Source: Rebecca billardiae RCC1528
Taxonomy: Eukaryota > Protista > Haptophyta
Direction of reading: 5' to 3'
DNA length: 64,000 bases
Assembly (NCBI GenBank): GCA_965240325.2
Contig: OZ251249.1
Span: 930,001-994,000 of the forward strand
The position numbers were made by a program, and so were the translations under genes. The notes beneath the pieces were generated by a model. That model was not told where the DNA came from. It ran no database searches and saw nothing but the letters and a program-made list of their open reading frames with translations. Shown in pieces: positions 1-11,909 of the stretch. How positions within the stretch are numbered: the stretch's first letter is position 1; the number at the start of each line of letters is the position of its first letter.

Positions 1-1088
1 AGGCGACCGTCAGCGCCGCCCGTGACGACGTGCGCCGAGTGCGCGTGCCAGCGCAGCTGCTCCACGCCGCGGTCCTCCGGTGCGACCTCGGGCCCGCCGC
101 CCACGGCCACGCCGTGCGCGCGCACGCGGCGCAGCAGCGCCGGGGGCGCCGCGTGCGCCGCCTCCGCGGCGCCAACGGCGGCGGGCGGGGCGCCGCCGTC
201 GGCGGCAAGAAGGGGCGCCATGTCGAAGAAGAGCACCTCGCCGCTCCCCGTGCCCACCACCGCCAGCGCGCGCCCCCGCGCGTCCAGCGCCAGCGCGCTG
301 TGCTCGAGCCGCGCCCCGACCGCGCCGGGCGCGCGGCGCGTGAGCCGCGCGTGCTCGGCGCCCAGCGCGGCGCTGCGCAGCACGTCGACGCGCACGGCCG
401 GGCCGGGCACGTGCACGGACGCGAGCGCGCGCGGCCCGAGCCCTTGCTCGACCGCCGCCGCCGCCGCCGCCTCGCCCCGCGCGCGGCACAGCCGCAGCAG
501 CACGAGGCGATCGGCGGAGGTGGCGAGGAGGGCGAGCGACGCGGCGCCCGCGCACGCGCGCGCGAGCGCCGCGGGCGCGGCGAGGGCGGAGACAGCGACG
601 ACGTTCATCGGCACGCGCATGGATCCCGGCGCGTCGACGTCGCCCTCCGCGCGCGGCGCGCCTGCCCCGAGCTCCCACCGCCTCTCGCGCGCGCGCTCCG
701 CGCGGGGCGGCTCGCACGTGCGCGCAGCGCCCGGCGGCAGCCCGATCAGTTCGAAGAGGTCGAAGGCGCAGCGCGCGTGCAGGCTGCTCGGCGTGTCTGC
801 GGGGCGTGCGGACTGCGCGGCCTCGAGCGGGAGCACGAGCACGCGGCCCGCCAGCTCGAGATCCCGCCGGTGCCGCGCGTGCTCGCAGCTGAGCAGCACG
901 TCCGCACCCGGCGCGTGCGCGACACGCGAGCGGTGCGGCGCCGGGAGGTCGAAGAGGCGCGCCGGGGCGGCGTCGGGGCGGAGGGCCCACACCTCGTTGG
1001 TCACGAGCATCTCGGGGGAGCCCGCCCGCGCCGGGACGAAGATCGCGTGCGGGGAGAACTCCGCGCCGCCGAGGCCGGTGAGCGCCAT
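1..1088 (-). CDS. WD40-repeat protein (3' end runs off the window)
   Basis: My translation from ATG 1088 (not in the ORF track, no stop inside the window): MALTGLGGAEFSPHAIF...LAVVGTGSGEVLFFDM...VRAH...VEQLRWHAHSAHVVTGGADGRL, which are WD40-type motifs. Confidence 0.7.
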   Translation of the reverse strand, partial: MALTGLGGAEFSPHAIFVPARAGSPEMLVTNEVWALRPDAAPARLFDLPAPHRSRVAHAPGADVLLSCEHARHRRDLELAGRVLVLPLEAAQSARPADTPSSLHARCAFDLFELIGLPPGAARTCEPPRAERARERRWELGAGAPRAEGDVDAPGSMRVPMNVVAVSALAAPAALARACAGAASLALLATSADRLVLLRLCRARGEAAAAAAVEQGLGPRALASVHVPGPAVRVDVLRSAALGAEHARLTRRAPGAVGARLEHSALALDARGRALAVVGTGSGEVLFFDMAPLLAADGGAPPAAVGAAEAAHAAPPALLRRVRAHGVAVGGGPEVAPEDRGVEQLRWHAHSAHVVTGGADGR

Positions 1089-1133
1089 GGCCGCGAAAGT
1101 AGTGTTGGACCGACCGTCCCGGTGCTTTAGTCA

Positions 1134-2230
1134 TCAGCTGGCTTCCGGAGTCCGGGTGGCGGCGCCGTCGCGCCAACCGCCAATTCTTTTGCCCGACCGC
1201 AACAACTTACAACGAGGGCTGACGCGGCGGACCGCGTCACCACGTGGGCGGGAGCGGCGCGGAGCGATGCCTCGGGCACGAGCGCTCGGGCGCCCGGGTG
1301 GTGCACGCCCTCGGCGAGAGGCCCGTGCCCTCCTCCGTCCCACCCGCGAGCGAGCACGCCAGCTGCGCGCAGGCAGGGCCGCCGATGCGCGAGGCGGGGC
1401 GGCCGGTGCCCATCGCATGCGCGGTCGGCGCGGCGTGGGCGGGGCGCGCGCACGGCGGGGCGGCAGGCAGGGCGGAGTGCGGTGAGCACTACGCGCGGCG
1501 GCCCGGAGAGCGCGCGAGCGCGCGCCTTCAGTACGCCCACGCCCCATCCCCGACGTCACGAGCTTCCCTCGCGCCCCGTGCGGCCGCACTTTTCGCGCGC
1601 GCGCAATCGTGTGAGGGTCCCGGCGCGCGCGCGGCCCGGCGCGCACCTCAGCAGCGCGCAGCGCGCGTACGCACTCGAGCGTGAGGACGAGGTGGCCGAT
1701 GGCGCCCTCGGGGTCGGGCGGCAGCCGCTCGCGCGCGTCGCGCACGACGAGCGGCTTGATGCGCGCGCGCTCAGGCGCGGGCGCGCCGGCGGCGCGCGCG
1801 GACGGCCACAGCGGAATCGCCAACGTGACGGGGCGCGGCGCTGGCGGGCTGCTGAGCGCTGCGCCGTGCGCGGCGTGCGGCGTGCTCGGCTCGGCGGCAC
1901 GCGCGCGCGCCGCGCGCCGCGCGCCCTCCGCCGCCTGCGCCTCCGCCAGCGCCGCGCCCTCCGCCAAGTCCAGCTGTGCTGAGCCCACGTCCACTGCGGC
2001 ACTCTTGAGGCCGCGCGCGGCGCGCGCGGCGCCCGCGGGCCCCAGGCCGATGACGTAGAGGGTGAGGGGCAGGGCGGGCTGCGCGCGCGGCTCGGCGGGC
2101 GCGTGGGCCGGGGGCCGCGGCGTGCCCACCGCCGAGCCCGCGCCCGGGCTGCGCAGCGCGCGCACGAGGCGGCTGCCGACGGCGAGGGCGGTGGGTGTCG
2201 CCTCGGCGGCGCCGTCCTCCGCCTCGGCCT

Positions 2231-2265
<35 letters not shown>

Positions 2266-3933
2266 TCGGCCGCCGCGGCGGCGGGGACGGGCGTGCGCTC
2301 GGGGGCGGCGCCGCCCGCGCTCGGCGCCTCGTCGTACGCGCCACGCGCGCCGCCCCGCGGCGGCGGCGTGTACGGCGGCGGCGAGCGCGCGCGCTGCCGC
2401 GCCGCGGCCGCCGCGCCGCCGGCCGCGCCGCCGGCCGCGCCGCCGGCTTCGGCTTCGGCCTTGTGCACGGCGGCGAAGGCGAGGGGGAAGGTGGCGAGCC
2501 AATCCGGGCGCCAGCGCACGAGCGGCGCGGGCTCGGGGAGGAGCGCGGGCGGCGCGGCCGCCTCCTCGCCGCCGCCCGTGCGCCACAGCCAGTCGGGCGC
2601 CGCCGCGCTCGCCGCAAGCGCGTGCGGCGGCGAGCGCGCGCGTGCGGGCGACAGAGCGCGCGCTGGCGATCGCGCGCGCGGCGAGGCGGCGCCGAGCTCG
2701 GCGGCTGCGCCGATGGGCGCGGGCTCGGCGAGCGCGAGCAGCCCCGAGCGCTGCTCCGCCGCGCCGAGCAGCTCCGCCGCGAGCTGCAGGTGCCCCACGC
2801 TCGGCGGAATCGCCCACGCGCCGGGCTCGGCGGCGCGGCCCGCCGCGCCGCCGCCGCCGCCGCCGTCGCCAGCCGCGGCGGCGGCGGTGGCGGCGCCGCA
2901 GCCGTTCAGGCCGCCCTCGCTCGCGCTGGGCTTGTGCAGGCTGAGGCTGTGCACGCGCAGCCGCACGCTGAAGACGGCCGGCCGCGCCACCGGCGGCGCC
3001 GGCGCCGGTGCGGGCGGCGCCGGCGGCGCGGGCGCGGCGACGGGCGCGGGCCTCGGCGGCGGCGCCGGTTGCGCGGCGGGCGCGGCGGGCGCGGCGGGCG
3101 CGGCGGGCGCGGCGGGCGCGGCGGGCGCGGCGGGCGCGGCGGGCGCAGGCTTGCTCGGTCGAAGGAAGATGGTCTGAGTGCCCTGCGGGCGCGAGGCGGG
3201 CATGGCCTCGCAGCCGCGCTCGGTGCGCTGCGCGGGCGTGGCCGTCTGGCACGCCGCCGGGCTCGTGGCGCGCACCGCCGCCACCTGCGTGCCGCGCTGC
3301 GCAGTGCCCACCGCCGCGCGGCCACACGCCGCCTCCGCCGTCCGAACGAGAGGCGGCGGCGGCGGCCGCGGCGGCGGCGGGCTGGGGGCGCGCGGCGGCG
3401 GGCGGGCGGGCGTGGTCTGGCAGCAAGCGGCCGCCATCCGCGGGCGCGGCGGGGGGCTGGGCGCGCGCGGCGGCGGGCGCGCGGGCGTCGTCTGACACCC
3501 CGACGCCACCGTCTGCGCCGGCCGCCGCGTCGGCGGCGGCGGCGTGCGCGCGCGCGCCGGCGGCGCCGCGCGAGCCGGCCACGGCACCGGTGCCTCGGCG
3601 CGTGGTGGGGGCGGTGTGCGCGCGCGGCCGGCGGCGGCCTGGTCGCCGAGCGTCCAGCCCTCGCGCGTGTAGTCGAGGATCACCCAGCCGTTGTGGTTGT
3701 GCCCCCAGCGCTGCATCCCCACCTGCCCCGGCCACGGCCCCGGCTGCTGCCACGCGCAGGCCGCCGCCGCCGCTGGCTGCCGCGCCGCCGAGCCCGGCGG
3801 CCGTGGCGCGCCGCCGCCGCCGCCGCGCCGCGAATGCCCCGGCGGCGACGGCGCGGAGCGCACCGAGCGCGCGCTGCCGGGCGGCGGCGGGTGCGCGCCG
3901 GGCACGTGTGCCGGGCCCGTGTACCCCACCGCA

Positions 3934-3964
<31 letters not shown>

Positions 3965-4683
3965 TAGGCGGCTCCTCCCTGCCGCCCGCCGCCAGCGCGT
4001 TCCCCGTGTGGCGCGGCCGCGGCCGGCAGCGCTGCGCACCCTGATCCGGACTGGCGGCGGCGGCGCGCGCGGCGCGTGCGCGGCCGCCGCTTGAGATGCT
4101 CGAGCGCGCGGCCGCGATGGGCAGCAGCGCCGCGCGCTCGCGCTCGGCGTACGGCGCGCCGCGCGCCGGCGGGCGCGCGGCGCGCTGCCGAACCACGCCG
4201 GCGCGCATGCGCGACGGGCGGCGCTTGAGCGCGCCGGCGGCGGAGCGCGCCGCCGAGCCGCCGCCGCCGCCGCCGCCGCCGCGCGCGCGGTTGGCGCGCG
4301 CCAGGGCCAGGCAGACGCAGCAGCACACGGCGAGGCCGAGCGCGAGGGCGAGGAGGTAGAAGAAGGCCTGCGCGGGGCGCACGCGGGGCGCACGCGGGGT
4401 GAGCAGCGCCGCGTGGAGCAGCGAGGCGAGACAGCCGCGTCTGAGCGCACGGCAGCGCGCGGCGCGCGCGGCGCGGCGCGCGGCACTGCGGCGCGCGGCG
4501 GCACGCGGCGGCGCGCGGCGGCGGCACTCTCACCAGAAGCCAAAGGTGCGGCGCACTGTCGCCGCCGCCCGCGGCGGCGTGCAGGCCCAGATGGTGCCAC
4601 CAGGGCGCGGGCGGCGCGGGCGGCGCGGCCGAGGGCTGCGCCGCCGCGCCCACGCCAGCGCCCGCCGCCGCCCGCTCAGGGCT

Positions 4684-4715
<32 letters not shown>

Positions 4716-5637
4716 CACCGCGCCTGCGCCCGCGGCGCCGATGCGTGCCCTCGGCGGGGTGGCGCCGCCCTTCGCCCGAGACGTCGCGCGTGATGATCTC
4801 CCACACGTCGTCGTCCGGGCCAGTCGCGCCCGCCTCGCCCTGCAGCGGGGCCGCCGCCAGCGCTCGGCCGCCGGCCGCAGTCCGCCCAGCCCGGCGGCGC
4901 GCGGCCGTGTCGCGCGCGGCCGGCCGAGCGCGTGTGCCGGCGCTGAGGCGCGCAAGGGCGGTGCTGCTGCGCTCGGCGAGCGCGCGCGCTGGGCTCGCGC
5001 CGGCGCACGCCCTCGAGAGCGCGGAGGCCACCTCGGCGCTCGGCACGCCCGCTCCGTCGGCGCCGTGCCCGATCCCGGAGCCGCCCGAGACATCCTCGCC
5101 GTCGCCGTCCGCGGCCGCGGCCGCGGCCGCGGCACCTCCGTCCCCTCCGCCGGTGCGGGCGGCATGGCCGCCGCCGCGCCGCCGCGCCGCCAGGGCGAGG
5201 GGCGGCGAGGCCCACGTGACGCCCGTCGCCCGCACGAGCTCGTCGGGCCGCACGCCGCGCAGCGTGCGCCCAGCGCGCTCCAGCTCCGCCGCGCGCACGC
5301 GCACGCCTCCTGCCCGCGGCCGCACGCGCATGCAGCACACAGCAGTGGCAGCGCCGCCCGGCAGCGCGCGCACGCTGACCGCCGCGGTGAGCTCGCGCTG
5401 GCGCAGGAGGGCCTCGAGGCCCGTGACGACGCGTGCCGCTGCTCCCTCGTCGAGCAGCGCGCTCGGCTCGCTGAGCACCGCGCCGAAGGTGTCAGCCGCG
5501 GCGGCACGAGCGCGCGGCACGCTGCGCGCACGCGCCGGCCGCGCGACGCCGCCGGCCGGCGCGGCGACGCCGGTGAAGAGAGAGGCGAGGAGGGCCGACG
5601 TGGCTCTCAAGCGCGCGGCGCGCACGCCGCGCGCCAT
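1134..5637 (-). CDS. Single-pass membrane protein with a low-complexity linker and a C-terminal C2-like (RPGRIP1 C-terminal-like) domain; 3' end uncertain
   Basis: ATG 5637. Intron 4533..4368 (GT..CAG) joins HLWLL to AFFYLLALALGLAVCCCVCL (TM). C-terminal strands VRLRVHSLSL..LTLYVI..VDVGSAQLDL..IGHLVLTLECVRAL. A possible further donor lies near 1646. Confidence 0.5.
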
Positions 5638-6292
5638 GCTACGACGGGTGGTCGCGCCGGGTCGTGCCGCGCCGCGCGCGCCGCTCGCTCGCCGCTGGTT
5701 GGCCGCCACCGGCTTCTGCTGCGCTCGGCGCGGCAGCTCAAAATCTGCCGCTGCGGCCAGCGGCCAGCGGGCCAGGCGGCGGCGGCTCGTCATCATCACC
5801 GTTGCTGTGCCCAGCTTGGTGCGCGCAGCAGCCACGATGGCGCCGCAGTCTCCGCCGCAATGGCCCCGCAACGGCGGGCCGCGGCCAGTGAGCCGCGGCG
5901 TCCTGCGCGGGCGTCGCGCCACGCGCAGCTGCGACGCCACCCCGCCAACGCACAGGTCCGAGTCCCGCGGGCACGGGGCTCAGCAGCGGCGCGGCCGCGG
6001 TGCCGGCCCGAGTGCGGCGGCCCGCGCTGCGGCGCGGCTCGTCGATCGGAAGGCTTCGTGCCTGATGCCCGATCCACCGATGACCGAGTCATCCACGCAT
6101 AGTAGTAGCATGTTTCAGCGCCTAGTAGCGACAGATACAGTGCATGGCACACACGCCACGAGTGTCGATTGGAGCCGCACGACGTCCAGGACGACAACTC
6201 CAACGGAGGGCACCGCCCTCGGATCGCGGGCCACGTATAATCAAGTGACAAGTGATGTCGCCAATCATATCTGATATGTCTGATGATGATCA

Positions 6293-8799
6293 TCAGCATC
6301 GGCCGCCCGCCTGACGATCATCGCCTGCGGCGCCCGCCAGATGGCGATGCGCAGCAGCATTATCATCAGTCGCCGCCAATGGCGCCATGGGCTGCGTCTC
6401 CACCACCACCGCGCTCAGCCAAGACTGCTCCTGACGCTGCTTCTTGCTCGTGATCATCGGGTAGAGCGCCGCCATCATCTCGCTCACGTTGCAGCCGGGC
6501 GCACTCGCCGGCAGCTTGTGTCTCGGGTCTGTACGCACGAAGGAGCCTGGCCTCAGCTCAACCCAGGAGGGCCGCGTGCGCAGGAGCCACACGTGGATCA
6601 TCTGGTACCTGCGCCATCACGTGTGCACAGCAGCGCGCAGCAGGGCGCCGGGGCACGCAGGGGTTGAGGCAGCGGGCACGACCGATGCTTGCACGCGCGC
6701 GGTGGCACTACAGGTCAGCGAGCCCGCGTCAGCCGGTCAGCGCGCGACCTCGACTCCCGACGGCGCAGCCGGAGCGCGCGCGCGCGGCCGGGCGCAGCGC
6801 AGTACGAGTGCGCGCACTCTGCCATCGCCTGTCTGGCCTTGGAACTCGCAGGGACCTGCTCGAGGATGGCGAGGCCGCACGCCTTCGGCTCGAGCGCCGC
6901 GCTGCCGCACGACGTTTGCAGCATCTGCATGTGCACAGACTTGATCACGTACGCCTTGTGCGAGACGAGGTTACTGTCGCGCAGATTGGAGTACCCGATG
7001 ATAGCGCGCGTCGCCGATGCGTAGACCCGCGCCCAGAAGGCGGGCTGCACCAACTCCATTGCGACGCGCATCGCGCCGCGCGCGCCCCCGGGCACGGGGA
7101 CGAACAGCGAGTGTGGGCGCAAGAGGACGTGGTCACTGTCGCAGATGAGGAACTCGTCCGACAGGCTCGGCAGGCTGAGCGCGGCAGTGAGCTTGAGCAG
7201 CTGCTGGTAGTACCACAGCCGGCGCTTGCTCGCCGCCACGGCCACCCAGTCCCCGCCCTTCTTGGCGAGCACCTCGCGCAGCTCGCTCTCCGAGATGTTG
7301 AGCAGCACGCGCTCATCGTGGCAGTACGCGCTCGGCTGCGCAGCTGCACACGCGCCGAGCAGCCGGCCGGGCACGACCAGGTGCACGTCGCGCACCCGCG
7401 GCGTGAGATACCTGAGCAGCCCTTCGATGACCGCATCCAGCACGCACGACACGTGGTTAGCGACAAGCACCGCGTCGATCCGCCGCGAGGGCAGCGTCAG
7501 GGCGACTGGGAGCCCCGAGGTCTCAGCAGGTGTAAAACACCGCGGTAGGTTCCTCTGACTCGTCGAGTCAGAGTTCTGGCTGAAGGTCGCCTCACAGAGA
7601 TCGCTGCAATGGCTGTACTTGTGCACAACGGCCACCTGCTCCGCAGCCTCGTCCTCTGGCTGGACCCTGTGCAGCAGCGATGCCGTGTGGAACGCCTGCA
7701 GGGTGGTGAGCTTGCTGGGCAAGACCGGCGTGCGTGGCGCCACCTCCACCTGCTGCATAGGTGGAGCCGTGCCCGAGGCCAGTGCTGCGTGGTAGTGCGC
7801 ACGAGCCTGTACAAAGGCAAGCAGAGGCTCGCAGTGCTGCTCCTTGTTTCCGGTCGTAAGCACGGTGCTGTTCGAGAGCGGCCGCCCAGAGATCAGCACC
7901 CGGCCGTACGCCTCGGACGCGTGCAAGCCCAGCCCAAAGATACGCTGGACCCAGAGGTAGTGGTTGAGCATCGGCTGGTCATGCTGCCCACAGATTGCGC
8001 TGTGCTTCACAGCATACGCCGAGCCGTTCTCGACAGCTGCGGCGTGGGCCGTCAGCTCCGTGCACAGCAGGGTGATCGCCGCGCGTGTGCCGTACACGGT
8101 CCCGCCGCACACGCTCCGCGCGCTGGCCGCTCTGCGCTCTCGCGCATCCGTGGTCGTGTTAAAGCAGGCCATGCGCTTATTGACTACCCACTCGTCAGTG
8201 ATGTGCGCGTTCGGGTCGAGCCAGAAGGCGAGGTCCGCTCGCACTCGCAGTCGGCCACGCGCGGACGCCCAGAAGGGGTGCGCGACGAAGAGCACGTCGC
8301 GCACGTCGAGCAGCCACACGCGCTCGATGGCAGGCGATGCCTCGAGCCACGCGCGGTAGAACAGGTACCGCCTCTGATCGAGGCTGCCCATCCACTTGCC
8401 TCGTCGCGCCTCCGCAGCTGCTTGCGCGCACGGCTCAGGGTGGCCGACGATGGCGTGTGCCCAGATGAGATATTTCAACGTATGGCCGGGCTCTGCGTCC
8501 ACGCCCAAGTGCACGTACCCGCGGTACGCGGTCGCGCCGAGGCTGAGCACAAAGACACGAACGTCGCGCGCGTCAAGCTGGCACGCCATGCCAAAGATGG
8601 CGTGCGCGGCGTCGGCGCCACGTCCGTCGAACTGGACGGCACTGACGGCGGCAGTGGCCACCGCCTGCAGGGGCACGTCTGGTGCGACAGCATGCGAGCC
8701 CGTCGGCACGACGAGCAGGCTGACGACGGCCGCCACCGCACCCGCCGAGGCGAGCAGCGGTGGCGAGCGTGATGAGATGTAATACTGACGACCCGTCAT
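6293..8799 (-). CDS. Secreted/type-II membrane protein with two glycosyltransferase-like domains (C-terminal DUF6492-like)
   Basis: N-terminal hydrophobic stretch. Domain 1: RRYLFYRAWL..VWLLDVRDVLFVAHPF..GGTVYGT..DQPMLN. Domain 2: WYYQQLLKL..FLICDSDHVLLRP. Intron 6817..6609 restores AEYQMIHVW. Confidence 0.7.
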
Positions 8800-9601
8800 T
8801 TTGACGACGACGCGAAGCGTTTTTCATCCACCCGTCCCAGAAAGCCCGCGAGGCCCGTCCCGGCTCAGCGGGCTCATCCGAGGTTCCATGGAAGGTCATG
8901 AGCTCTTGGACACAGTGCGCGCAGCTGCGCCTCGAGGCGAGATGAGCACCAAGGCCCGTCACAACGCCCGTCGCGCGCGCTTGACTGCGGCGGCTAAGAT
9001 GGCTGGAGCGGCGGCGCGTTGCGCTCATCCTCAGTGCACACGTGTAAGCGACCTTCGGCGCAGCAGACATGTGCCGCCTTGGGCCCTCCTCCGCCTGCTA
9101 GCGCGGCTCGACTGCAACGGTCGCCGAAGCCAAGCATTGCCTACTGAGTCCGCTTCTCCCCGCGACACGCGCTCGAATGGCGCCTTGAGCGCGCGCGCAT
9201 TGGAAACATATACACTGGCCCTCTCTCCAGACAGCGCGCGCCTGGCTCCTACAGCGTACTCTGTGCGATGAAGCGGTGGCGTAGGCGCCTGCCGGCCTGT
9301 TGTTGAAACGCACCCGCTCGGCTAGTGAGAATGGGCGCAGAAGACGCCGGAAAGCCGAGACATGAGCGCCGGAAGGGTTTCTGAGGTACTACCAGACCAG
9401 CCCACCTGACGCGCCGTCGCACAGCCCTCGCCTACGCGCACGCGCACGACCAGAGCGAAGCTGCCCGCGCGGCGGACGGCCATTTCTTTTCAAATGTTTT
9501 CGCTGAGTCAGCGGCCGGCCCCGACGGAGCTTGACGTACTGGGCTGGGACGGGTGGTTGGCGACAATGGCTCGCTCATCAGTGGACAGGTGTGCGCCTTA
9601 G

Positions 9602-9641
9602 CAAGGGGCTTACAAAATGGTATTATTTTGCAAGCCCCTTG
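9602..9641. repeat. 40-bp hairpin (17-bp arms, 1 mismatch); possible collapsed TIR remnant
   Basis: CAAGGGGCTTACAAAAT-ggtatt-ATTTTGCAAGCCCCTTG, flanked by GCCTTAG/GCCTGAG. Confidence 0.6.
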
Positions 9642-10017
9642 GCCTGAGCAGCCTGTCGGCGCGCGGAGTGACGTTCACGACTCACGTGCCCGTCAGCATA
9701 CATCACCAATCGGGTCGCGGTGCCTGCTGGCATCCTCCTCAACCTCTACATCCTCCTCGGCCGCTCAGTGCGCAGTAGTTGCGCCGAGAAGGCGGCTGCC
9801 ATGCGGTGGTGTTGGGGCGCGTTATGGCTGTCGTGTCTGACACAGACTGACTCACGGTGACTGTGTGTTCGGCCCCGGACGACAACGAGCCCTCTTCCGC
9901 GCGCTCGCATCATCTCCGCCGTTGAGTGTGTTCACAGCCACGCCGGCGGCGGGGACGCGCTGGAAGATTGCTCCAGCCTTCCGCGCCAACTTTGAGCTTA
10001 CCAAGGGCAGCATCATA

Positions 10018-10732
10018 TGTGGCTGAGTCAGTTTAAAATCCCCCCCTTTTTAGTGCAGGGGTCGCGATCCGAGTTAGCTAGCCTACCCGAAGCGCCTCGT
10101 CGAGAGGAGCACGTAGAGCCCAAGAACGTCGACGAAGGACGAAAAATGGGCGAGAAAATTCATTTTTTTGAATTTCTGAGAAGTTTGAGTCAGATTGGAT
10201 CTGACGGACGGCTCCAGCCTGAGCCGCGCAGCGGCGCGGCAGCGCGCGCGCGCTGGGCCGGGGCGCCGGGGAGGCCAGCGCGTCAAGAGGTCACGGCGCA
10301 GCTAGAGACGCATGTCGCTGCCGCACCCACTGGCGCAGCTTGCTCAGTGCATCCTGTCAGGCCTGTAGGCAGCGTGTCTGGCGCTTGTCGAGGCCGGCAT
10401 CACTCGACGCCGATCAGACGATCACGTGAGCCGCTCCGTGCCGCGAGCCGAGCTGCTGCATGACTCACCTCGTCCAACATGCCGCATGTCGGCGGTGCTG
10501 CTCGCTACGATCACCTCCCTGCTGACTCGGCTGCGACCGAGCCCATCCAGTTGGCTCCGATCACCGCAGCTCGCCCACCGGGACGGCCGACCGCAGGCAT
10601 GCTGGCAACCGCACGGGCGGCCACTCTGAGCTTTGCAGATGAGTCAGCGGGTTTCGACTTTCTTTGGCCGGCGGGCTTTGCGCGGAAAAGGTTTCCCTTC
10701 GCCGAAGGGGAATTTAAACTGACTCAGCCACA
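10018..10732. mobile_element. MITE family A, copy 1 (715 bp)
   Basis: TIR TGTGGCTGAGTCAGTTTAAA...TTTAAACTGACTCAGCCACA, flanked by TA/TA. A closely similar second copy lies at 45692-46392. Confidence 0.92.
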
Positions 10733-11790
10733 TATAGTAGTATATATATATATATTGCCTCGGCACGCCCGAGGCCGCCGAGCTGCGCTCGCGCGCGGCC
10801 GCGCGCGACAGCCTCGTCAGTCGGGCGTGTAAGCAGCAGCCGCAGGCGGGCTGCAGCAGCCCGACGTGAGCCCTGACAGCAGATCATCTACTATATATGT
10901 TTATATATCGTCGTCGTCGTCACGTATGGCGGGCCGTATAGGTCCACCCCGCCTTGATGTACGTATATGGTGCACGCTCCCCCCCCCCGAAAGGTCTGAG
11001 CGTGAGCGAAAGCCGGGGGGGGCGGCGCACGTGCTCCGCAAAATCAAAAAGAGGATGCGCGCGCATCAGGATTTTGGGTTTTTTGTAAGTGGATTTAGGT
11101 GTGACAAGCGCATTTGAGTGGATATCGCTGCCAATGATTGCGTTTGTACTGCCCCTTATTTTTAACGATAATAAGTAATAGAAGAAATCGAAATCAAATA
11201 TAGGACAAAGACATCTCTAGATACCTTTCTGATAGTCGAGATTCGCCTGTTGAACAGATTGCAAACAAGGTCTGAGATATCGAACATTCTGCTCTTGATA
11301 GTCGTTCACTACTCCTCAGATTCATGAAAGCGACGAGATGTCATTGCGCGGGTAGGCCCGAACCCGCGTTCCCGCGCGGGGCGCCTACAGTATGTGCCAA
11401 CCGCATCCTTTCTGAGATTATTACGAGCAAGGAATCCGCGTTGGAGCCGCCTCGTAGTGAAGGCACGTAGAAAACGGCGATGCGCCCCGCGAGGCCGCGC
11501 AAAAATATATAACGCGACGACAGCTGCGTATATTAATTTTTGGACGGAATCTTACAGCACCGGTAAAGCGTATTTCATTTTCAAATCATGCGCCCCTGGC
11601 TAACCTGATAAATATGTCTGTTTGAGGGTTTGCCTCGGCGCTCGGTGCTCACGAGCGGAGCGGAGTGAGCACTATCATCAGCGGAGGAGCAGGCGGTGAG
11701 GCTGCGCACGGCGTGAGGCGCGGCTTCGGCCGAGTCGGTCCGCGGAGGATGCGCCGCGCTCGGCCCGCTGCGCAGCGGCAGTGTGCCTCA

Positions 11791-11909
11791 CTCACTTTGC
11801 CCCGAGCGCCGTCCTCCGCGTTGCTCGCACGAATGGTTTGCGTGTGCCTCACTTTGCCCCGAGCGCCGTCCTCTGCGTTGCTCGCACGAATGGTTTGCTG
11901 TGCCTCACG
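11791..11909. repeat. 57-bp tandem duplication
   Basis: CTCACTTTGCCCCGAGCGCCGTCCTC..GAATGGTTTGC starts at 11791 and again at 11848. Confidence 0.9.

Noticed and set aside
10975-11035. Possible hammerhead ribozyme (CTGA..GAAA within a stem)
   Set aside because: Lacks the CUGANGA core and the three-stem geometry.
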